Virus record (IMG/VR): IMGVR_UViG_3300033407_000057 | Location: 1-39,494 of that record | Length of the DNA stretch: 39,494 nucleotides | Source: a virus | Taxonomy: Duplodnaviria; Caudoviricetes | Direction: 5' to 3' (one strand) | Shown: piece after piece, positions 7,731 to 15,000 of the stretch | Position numbering within the stretch: the first letter of the stretch is position 1 | How the letters are laid out: each line of letters starts with the position of its first letter | Position numbers and translations under genes: made by a program | Notes under the pieces: generated by a model | What the model was told of the DNA's origin: nothing | Seen by the model: only the letters and a program-made list of their open reading frames with translations | Databases searched by the model: none

Positions 7731-8057
7731 ATGAGCAACCCCGAGGAGAGCCTGAACCGGCGTCGGGTCCGCAAGGGCGCCCGATGGCTGGATGAACACA
7801 TGCCGAACTGGTACGACCTCGTCGTCATCGGGTCGCTGGACATGAGCCGCAGATGTAGCTGCGTGCTCGGCCAGATCACCGGCGACTACAACTATGTGGT
7901 GGACGCCGAAGTGCCAACGAATCTCCTGCCTCCGCTGGTCGACCGCACGGCCGTGACTCACGGCTTCGACGCCGACTCCGGCGACTACGACCTACTGGAG
8001 GACCTGTGGGTCAGGGAGATCGCCACTCGCCGAGAGGGGGCCGAGGATGACCGATGA
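7731..8057 (+). CDS. Hypothetical actinophage-type protein (RVRKGARWLD...CSCVLGQI)
   Basis: AAGGAGG RBS; typical codon usage. Confidence 0.8.
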   Translation: MSNPEESLNRRRVRKGARWLDEHMPNWYDLVVIGSLDMSRRCSCVLGQITGDYNYVVDAEVPTNLLPPLVDRTAVTHGFDADSGDYDLLEDLWVREIATRREGAEDDR

Positions 8058-8286
8058 CAAAGACGCCAACTTCCACGGCTGGTTCCCCGAGATCAACGAG
8101 CATCGCACCCTCGGCCCGCACCGTGCATCGTGTAGTGGGTGCGGCCAGTACTGCTACCCCTCCAGCCCCTGCTACTGCTGCGGCGAGCCGCTGTATGAGC
8201 TGCGCGTGGCCCATCTGGAGAACATCGTCGCCTCCTTCGACGCCGGGCGGCGAGCCGACCCGACCGAGGAGGAATCCGATGCGTGA
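8047..8286 (+). CDS. Cys-rich putative metal-binding protein
   Basis: HRTLGPHRASCSGCGQYCYPSSPCYCC; overlaps both neighbours. Confidence 0.75.
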   Translation: MTDDKDANFHGWFPEINEHRTLGPHRASCSGCGQYCYPSSPCYCCGEPLYELRVAHLENIVASFDAGRRADPTEEESDA

Positions 8287-8770
8287 CTACCAGGAATGGG
8301 TCGACCGCTATACCGGGGCATGGGTCCCCGAGACGCCTGCCGTGCTGATCGCCCACCGGGAAGAAGATCGACCAGCCGTGTTCCTGGTCAAGGACGGCAG
8401 CGAGGAGGCCGTCCACCTGATGACCGTCCTGCCCTGGCTGGACCCCATCGGTGTGACCTACATCTCGGAGGGCTACCTCACCGTCACACCACATAGGGAG
8501 CTGCCCGACGTTCGTCCATCCCTGGACCCGTCCTCCATCGAGGTCGTGACCGCGATCCACTGGGACGGCGAGCGCCTCTACAACTCGATGCGTCCCCTGA
8601 TCCGCGGAGACGACGGAGTCCAGGAGGTGGGCTCGCTCATCCATCGAGACGGCGGTGGTGCTGGCGGGCTCATCGCCGACGGGCTGGCTGCGTCGATGGT
8701 CAAGGTCGAAGTGCCCACCGAGAAGTACATGAGGGCCGTGAGCCAGCACACCTACGCATCGGAGATGTGA
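8279..8770 (+). CDS. Hypothetical protein (163 aa, MRDYQEWVDR...)
   Basis: ATG 8279 after GAGGAGG RBS. Confidence 0.75.
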   Translation: MRDYQEWVDRYTGAWVPETPAVLIAHREEDRPAVFLVKDGSEEAVHLMTVLPWLDPIGVTYISEGYLTVTPHRELPDVRPSLDPSSIEVVTAIHWDGERLYNSMRPLIRGDDGVQEVGSLIHRDGGGAGGLIADGLAASMVKVEVPTEKYMRAVSQHTYASEM

Positions 8771-8994
8771 TGACAGCACAGCAGGCCACGGTCCTCATCT
8801 CCCAGGCGTTCGATGCCATCAGCGGCGAGCCAGCCCTGACCAACGAGGACCAGGAGATCCTGGCTCGGGCTCAGGGGGCGCTGGCTGAGGCGCACCGGCT
8901 GCTCCTGGCCTACCACACCCTCCCGGTGGCGGGGGAGTTCGAGCTGGCCCGACGGAGAGAGAAGTTCGACAACCCCCCAGAGGAGGAGGCGTGA
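8767..8994 (+). CDS. Hypothetical protein
   Basis: Overlap-coupled in the operon. Confidence 0.7.
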   Translation: MMTAQQATVLISQAFDAISGEPALTNEDQEILARAQGALAEAHRLLLAYHTLPVAGEFELARRREKFDNPPEEEA

Positions 8995-9287
8995 ACAGAT
9001 CCATCCAGCCCTACCGCGTCACCTTCAACCTCGTCCCGCTCCAGGGTGGGCGGCGGCGACGGGCCTGGCAACTGACGATGAGCACCGACACTGGGGCGAG
9101 CGAGGTGGTCGTCATACGTGAGAAGGACACCGTAAACGTGGATCTCACGGTGGCGATCGAGGACGCAGTTCATAGAGAGCTGGCGGTCCGAGCGGGGCTG
9201 GGATTGCCGGTGCTCGATCTGGACTGTGCTGCTCTCTACGACGACCTGGACCGGCTCCGCGGCCCGATCGAGGAGGAACAGCGATGA
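8991..9287 (+). CDS. Hypothetical protein
   Basis: GAGGAGG RBS; GTGA overlap. Confidence 0.7.
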   Translation: MNRSIQPYRVTFNLVPLQGGRRRRAWQLTMSTDTGASEVVVIREKDTVNVDLTVAIEDAVHRELAVRAGLGLPVLDLDCAALYDDLDRLRGPIEEEQR

Positions 9288-9730
9288 GCGATCTCGCACC
9301 GTTTACCAACTACATCTGCCCGAACGGTAGGGGCGTAGCACACCTCACACTATGGACCGGTGCCTACCTGGTTCCGAAGCCTGGAGATGGCATCTGCATC
9401 TGCGGCGAGGTGATGGTCGATGAGGCGAGCACCGCAGATGGCTGGCGCTATCGGTTGGAGTGGGAGTCGGTCGACCCGCATGAAGCGGCTGCGTTGGAGA
9501 AGGAATATGGGAGCGGGATCTGGCAGAGATTGGCAGCAGGCCAGTGGGACGCTTTGTCGTGGCACCCCGTAAGCCGGGAGCATGGTGTACCCGGCTCCAT
9601 CCATCAGCAGTTCTTGAACTTGAAGGCTTGGGCCGAGAGCCATGAGCAACCAGTCCGCAACGTGCGGCTTCTTCGCTCCGCAGCGCAGTCGTGGGCAGTT
9701 GTTGATACCAGCATGGAGGAGCAGCGATGA
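9284..9730 (+). CDS. Hypothetical protein (148 aa), lower GC3, flanked by direct repeats
   Basis: GGAGGA RBS; ATGA overlaps; visibly more A/T-ending codons than its neighbours. Confidence 0.7.
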   Translation: MSDLAPFTNYICPNGRGVAHLTLWTGAYLVPKPGDGICICGEVMVDEASTADGWRYRLEWESVDPHEAAALEKEYGSGIWQRLAAGQWDALSWHPVSREHGVPGSIHQQFLNLKAWAESHEQPVRNVRLLRSAAQSWAVVDTSMEEQR

Positions 9731-9897
9731 GTGATGACAAGGTACGAATGACGTGCCCTTGTGGAGCGACGTGGGAAGGACCACGGCGCTACACCGACGT
9801 CGCACGGTACGAGTGGTCGGCAGCGCACTGCGACCACACAAGAGAATCAATCCATCAACCAAAGGGAGACAGGACATGTGGAAGCACTACGAACTGA
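9727..9897 (+). CDS. Small putative Zn-finger protein (56 aa, MSDDKVRMTCPCGATWEG...WSAAHCDH...); not in the ORF track
   Basis: Translated by hand; GGAGGAG RBS, ATGA overlap, CxC...HxxH. Confidence 0.55.
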   Translation: MSDDKVRMTCPCGATWEGPRRYTDVARYEWSAAHCDHTRESIHQPKGDRTCGSTTN

Positions 9898-10529
9898 CGA
9901 TGGACGTCGACACGCTGGTGGGGGGCATCCCCCGCCATCCCGAGATCGTGCGGCGGTGGCAGGAGGCCCGTTGGCCTGCTGAGTCGAAGATCGGTCCTGA
10001 CGACCCGGCTGATCCCGAGGCGGCGGCTGAGGCGACGATCGCCGATCTCGGGTCGCAGGCCATCGCCGCTGACGAGGCCGTGTCGGGACTGTGGACCGGG
10101 TTCGTCGAGGACGACGGCCAGCTCTGCATCGAGAACCGCAACGTCAAGGCGATGCTCAAAGAGAGTGCCAACATCTTGAAGTCGATCGTCGGCAAGAAGG
10201 CCGGGAAGCCTCAGCCACTGCGTGCCCGGCTCGCTGAGCGGGTGTTCGTGTCGCCTCGGATGATTCCGTTGGGTCGTGCGACACCGGACGAGACGACGGA
10301 ACGGGCGATCCATGTGATGACAGCTCAGGGTCCGCGGACGGCGTTGAAGCGGACGGATGTGTGTCGCAAGGTGACTGTCTCCTGTCGTCTGAAGGTGCTT
10401 GACGATGGGGTGATCTCGACCGAGATTCTGGAGGCGTTGTTGGAGCACGGCGCAGAGAACGGTTTGGGTACGGACCGATCGACCGGGGCGGGCACATTCA
10501 CATGGGTGCTGACGGAGGTGGGCGACTGA
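9876..10529 (+). CDS. Stand-alone Cas7/RAMP-superfamily-like protein (217 aa)
   Basis: N-terminal beta strand plus TLVGG (YELTMDVDTLVGGIP); LCIENRNVKAMLKESA resembles the Cas7-group 'IPGSSLKGALR' helix; C-terminal glycine-rich loop GLGTDRSTGAGTF resembles the RAMP 'GLGxxRSxGxGxF' signature. AAGGGAG RBS before ATG 9876. Confidence 0.8.
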   Translation: MWKHYELTMDVDTLVGGIPRHPEIVRRWQEARWPAESKIGPDDPADPEAAAEATIADLGSQAIAADEAVSGLWTGFVEDDGQLCIENRNVKAMLKESANILKSIVGKKAGKPQPLRARLAERVFVSPRMIPLGRATPDETTERAIHVMTAQGPRTALKRTDVCRKVTVSCRLKVLDDGVISTEILEALLEHGAENGLGTDRSTGAGTFTWVLTEVGD

Positions 10530-10666
10530 CCGTCAACGACAAACCTAGCCGCTCCGTCCCGCCCCGTCATCGACTTGCCCGGCCTCACCGCCCCGTCATC
10601 GACGCACCCGACCACGCCTTCCCGTCATCGACTCACCGAACCGGTCCACCCCGTCATCGACGGTCC
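10530..10666 (+). repeat. Non-coding array: GTCAWCGAC mini-hairpin x5 separated by (NNN-CC)x4-5 units; candidate guide-RNA array
   Basis: Repeats at 10532, 10566, 10595, 10624 and 10653; intervening units of 25, 20, 20 and 20 nt parse exactly into NNNCC pentamers; the array starts immediately after the RAMP-like stop codon. Confidence 0.9.
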
Positions 10667-10675
10667 TATTCGTAA

Positions 10676-10785
10676 CGGCTACACGGGGGGCAGCCAGTGT
10701 CAGTCCATGACTGCTGGCGTGGCCGTCCCGACCCGTATCTTCACTTCTCCAAGTGAGGTCGGGCGCGGTCGGGCGATAGCCCCCC
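10676..10785 (+). ncRNA. Putative structured RNA element downstream of the array
   Basis: Complementary pairs: CGGCTAC/GTGGCCG, GGGGGGC/GCCCCCC, GCCAG/CTGGC with CAGTC/GACTG, CCCGACC/GGTCGGG with TCACTT/AAGTGA. Confidence 0.45.
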
Positions 10786-10786
10786 A

Positions 10787-11116
10787 CTAGGTCTGCTTGC
10801 GCAGGTTGGCCGCGAGCGTGCGAGCCACGTCGAGGCGGGCGTGGCTGGTCCGCATCTTCTCCTTGAGGATGCGGACCATGGTGGTGCGGAGGTTCTTGTC
10901 CTCCCACTCGTCCATGCACTCCACGTCAGCCCGCTTCTCCTTGACGGGGTTGGACCCCGTGGCCTCGTGGTACGCCATCAGCCAGGCCCGCTTGTGCGCC
11001 GCCTCAGCGTGCGCCAGCCGGTCCTCCGCCCTTGCGTACTCCTCGGTCAGGCTTTCGAGGTCGTCGCCGATCGCCACCAGCATCCGCTCCACTTCGAGGG
11101 GGCTGATTACCTGCAC
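10787..11116 (-). CDS. Coiled-coil phage protein (loosely UvsY-like helical pattern)
   Basis: GGAGG RBS, GTG start; helical; lies next to the annealase gene. Family assignment is weak. Confidence 0.7.
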   Translation of the reverse strand: MQVISPLEVERMLVAIGDDLESLTEEYARAEDRLAHAEAAHKRAWLMAYHEATGSNPVKEKRADVECMDEWEDKNLRTTMVRILKEKMRTSHARLDVARTLAANLRKQT

Positions 11117-11188
11117 GTCGCCATTCCTCCAGGGTCAGGGTGTCCGGTTCGTCGAACGCATGGTCGGGGGCCCTACTCCAGTCGTTGC

Positions 11189-11416
11189 TCACGTCAGTCC
11201 CGCGATCTCCTCGGGCTCGCACTCCAGGACCTCCGCCAGCTTCATCAGGTGATGCGGAGGGATGGGCTTGCGCATGGCGCAGTACCGGCTCACCGTCACC
11301 GGGTGGATTCTGGCCCGTCTGGCCGTCTCGACGCCGGTGAGGCCCGCGGCGGTGATGCGGGCCCCCAGCTTGGACTTGGTGGTGACCTTCCTGCTCACCC
11401 ACTCGATCTTAGCCAC
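11189..11416 (-). CDS. XRE-family helix-turn-helix regulator
   Basis: KLGARITAAGLTGVETARRARIHPVTVSRYCAMRKPIP...LMKLAEVLECEPEEI fits the Cro/C1 HTH pattern; start uncertain. Confidence 0.82.
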   Translation of the reverse strand: MAKIEWVSRKVTTKSKLGARITAAGLTGVETARRARIHPVTVSRYCAMRKPIPPHHLMKLAEVLECEPEEIAGLT

Positions 11417-11432
11417 ATGGTAGAAAGAAACT

Positions 11433-12095
11433 ATGAACACTCTCCTCCACGACCTCGCTGTGCCCTTCGAGTTCACCGACGAGCTGGCCAAGGGCGGCCG
11501 GACGTTCACCTACATCCCCGTGTCGGAGGTCATCGACCGGCTCAACAAGGTGCTGGGCCTGTGCGCGTGGGATTGGAGGGTGGTCGATCGCTGGACCGAG
11601 GACTCCTTCGTCATGGTCGAGGGCGTGCTGACGGCCCACCGCATGGTGGCTGGATACTCCACCACCGCCCAATACACCGGCATCGGGGGCCAGAAGATCA
11701 ACCGGAACCAGCAGGGCCAGATCGTGGACCTGGGCGACGACTGGAAGGGCGCAGCGAGCGACGCCTTGAAGAAGGCCGCCCAGCACCTCGGGGTCGGCCT
11801 CTACCTCGCCCGCCCCGGCCGCGCCTACATCCGCGACCTGGAGCACGCCATCAGCTCGCTCGACGACGCCCAGCGTGGGATGCTGAAAGGTCGCTGGGCC
11901 ACCTCCGACATCCCCTCCCTCAACCGGCTGACCGAGGACCAGGCGATCTTCGTCTACGACCTCATTGAGGAAGTGCGCCAAGGAGCGCCAGAGGATCCAG
12001 ACCGCCCAGGGGCCGATGGAGCGGGGGAATCAGACCCTCAGCCTCCAGCTCCTCAAGAACAGCCAGGTACGGACGCAGGCTCGGATACTCCTTAG
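11433..12095 (+). CDS. Rad52/Rad22-family (Sak-like) single-strand annealing protein
   Basis: GGRTFTYIPVSEVIDRLNKVLG..W and KGAASDALKKAAQHLGVGLYL are hallmark motifs of the family. Confidence 0.88.
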   Translation: MNTLLHDLAVPFEFTDELAKGGRTFTYIPVSEVIDRLNKVLGLCAWDWRVVDRWTEDSFVMVEGVLTAHRMVAGYSTTAQYTGIGGQKINRNQQGQIVDLGDDWKGAASDALKKAAQHLGVGLYLARPGRAYIRDLEHAISSLDDAQRGMLKGRWATSDIPSLNRLTEDQAIFVYDLIEEVRQGAPEDPDRPGADGAGESDPQPPAPQEQPGTDAGSDTP

Positions 12096-15000
12096 CCCGG
12101 CTGTAGTCGCCCGAGGTGCGGGCCTCCGACAGCGCTCGCTGGGCCACGTCGTAGCGCCCGATCTCGGCTCGGGCCTCCTCCTCGGCGATGGACATGCGCC
12201 GAGGCACCATCGGGATGCCCAGGGCGGAGAAGAACTGGCTGCGCGCAAGGTCCGGGCGCTCGCGCATCAGGGACCTGGTGTCGGTGCCCGTGCCCAGGAA
12301 GGAGCTGATCGGCTTGACCGGCAGGCCCGCGTACTGCTCGGCCATCCCCGCCGCGCGCAACTGCGGGATGAACGCGCCCAACAGGGAGGGGCCGAGTGGC
12401 GGGGACACTGAGCGGATCGAGCCTGTCTCGGGGTCGATCTCCTGCTGGCCGAACAGCCCCGCCGTGCCGGTGGCCGACGACACCCCCAGGGCGGTGAGGA
12501 AGCCCCCGATGCCGGGGTTCATCTGCCCCACCGCTGCACCCATGTCCGCCTCGGCTCCCACGAGAGCCGCCCCCAGGCCCACGAGGGAGGCCAAGTCGTT
12601 GAAGGGGTTGAACCCCCCGACGTAGATGGCAGGGCTGCGCCCCGCAGGATCGGGGCCCGGTGGACCGCCCATCACCCCCGACATGATCGGGCCCAGGCCG
12701 GGGATCTTGGCCAGCGTCTCGGGGATGGCCCCGCCGACGATGTAGTTCTCGAAGCGCCACGGCAGCGCGTCGTCGTGGACCTGCGTGGACCACACCTCGG
12801 CCACGTTGGTCAGGACGCTCGTGCGGTAGGGGTGGTCGAGCGGGTAGGTCATCGAATACTGGAGCACGTGGCGCAGCCAGCCGTAGAAGGGGAACACGGA
12901 CTTGATGACCGAGCGCTCCAGGGGCGTCATTGAGTTCCAGTCCTGGAGGATCTTGTTCGCCAGGTCCACCCCGGCCTTCGACGCCCTGTCGTTGACGGCC
13001 TTCGCGGCATCGTCCATCACGCCGGAGTCCAGGACCCCGACGTCGATGCCCTCTCGGGCCATCTTCGCCACCTCCTTGTCCTTGGCGTAGAGGTAGGCGA
13101 TCGTCCGGTACATGTCGTCGATGTAGCCGTTGAACTCGTAGGACTTCTCGATGATGTTGTTGATCTGGCGGCCGAGGGCCGACTCGGGCTTCCCCCGCGC
13201 GATGCTCCGCGCGGTGTCGCCTACGGCGATGTCACGGGGGATGGTGCCCGTGCCCCGTGAGATCCGGGGGTCCACCCGCCCTTCGTTCACTATCTTGCGA
13301 GCCTCGGCCCAGTAGCGCATCGTGGCCAGGGGGTCGGTGCGCCCGGCCAGCATGATGTTCCCGCCGACGATGTTGTAGGTGTGCCAGCGAGGGGAGAGGG
13401 CGAGGACCGAGGACCTGAACACCTTCATGCTCTTGTCCCACACGCCCCCCCAGTCCGTCTCGTGCTGCTTGTAGATCTTGTTGAGCGAGTCCCCCACCCA
13501 CTTGGGGACCACCACCGGACCCTCGATGTTGGTGTAGACGTCGTTGGTGATCCGTGGGCGGAAGTCGGTGGACACCTCCGGCGGGTTCAGCCCAGGTGCG
13601 CCCCTGCGGGTGTCCACCAGCCTGTTGGTGACCCGCTCGGCTGTGGTTCGGGCGGTGCGCCAGGGGATGGGGCTGGAGGGGTCCCAGCGGTAGTAGCCCT
13701 GGGAGACGGCCAGCTCGATCAGCTCGGGTGCTCCCAGCCCCTCGACGCCTCGCTCGGGCACCTCCTGCGCCAGCTTCCGCTGGAGAGCCCGGAGGTCCAG
13801 GCCGAAGCCGTCTGTGGGGTCCACGATCCGGGCGATGGCCGTGTCCCGGTGGAGCCGCTGGAGCCGGTCCACCTCGGCGTGGAGGAGGGCGACCTCGATG
13901 TTGCGGATGGCGGGGGCCAGATCGAGCACGCGCTTGCGGATCTGATCCTCGGAGATGGAGCGGTTCAGGCGGATCTCGCCGGGTCGGATGATCTCGCCGA
14001 TCTTGGCGGGGGAGACGTGGTGGATGAAGATGGGGTTGATCCCCTCCTGGGTCGAGATGTCACGCCAGGTGCCTTCGACTTCCCGCAGCGTTCGGGCCAT
14101 CTCGACCTGGGTCCAGTCCGTGAGCGCGCCGGTGACCGTACCCTTCCTCAGCAGATCGGCGTCGATGCGCGCCTCGACCTCGTCGATCGCGGCAACGAGG
14201 CCCTCGTCCGTCTCCGACACGTACGCCTTGTCCTCCAAGGCACCGATGACCCGCTCGGTGGCCCGGTGCTTGATGATGGGCTGGAACTCCGCGGGAGCGG
14301 GCCGCTTCTCGAAGCGCTCGGCCATCTTGGCGTAGGTGTCGGTGATCTCCCCCATGAGGCTGTCGAACTGGGCCCGCTTGGTGGGAGCATGGCGGCCCGC
14401 GCTGGCCCACGCCTTGGCGATCTGGGCCATGGCCGGGTTGCGGACCAGCTTGGGGTTGAGGTCCCGGATCATCTTGGGCCCGCTGCGGCGCAGGATGGTG
14501 CTGGCCACGCCCCACTCACCCTCTCGGGCTGCTGCCTGGGCGGCCCGGAGGGCGTCGGAGGCTCGGTCGAACTTGTCGAGGCGGTCCAGGCGCTTCTGGA
14601 GGTACTTGGGCGTGGGTGGATCGGTGGCAAAGCGGACGATCCCCGCTCGTCGGTCGATGTGAGGGGCCAAGAGGGCACGCACGTAGGCCCTGGCCTCCAT
14701 CTTGGTGCCGACGGGGCGGTCCAGAACCTCCGCCGCGTCGGCATCGAAGCGCTCCCGTCGCACGTCAGGGTCGATCTCCGCCTTCTCCAGCGCCGCGATC
14801 GCCCGGCGCTGGGCCGCCTTGCGCGTCCTCAGCTCCCCCTTCGCCACCTTCTTGTACTGGGCCGCGGCGTCGGCGAGGTCCACCTTGTGGTCGAAGAACG
14901 AGAGGTCACGCCGCCCGACGCTGGCGAGGAACTGCATCCGGGTGTCATACATGCGGTTGATGGCCGGAACGAGGGGGTGGCTCTGCCAGCGCTGGCGCAC

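Noticed and set aside
10530-10661. Canonical CRISPR array
   Set aside because: Repeats are only 9-11 nt, spacers are 18-25 nt with a fixed internal CC periodicity, and no adaptation or other cas genes are present.
10676-10785. Firm call as an HDV-like ribozyme
   Set aside because: The helix order is similar, but the short P3/L3 and P1.1 elements of the catalytic core are not identifiable; kept only as an unassigned structured element.
10575-10790. 71-aa ORF across the array
   Set aside because: TTG start without an RBS, low-complexity product, and the underlying 5-nt/29-nt periodicity is out of phase with codons.
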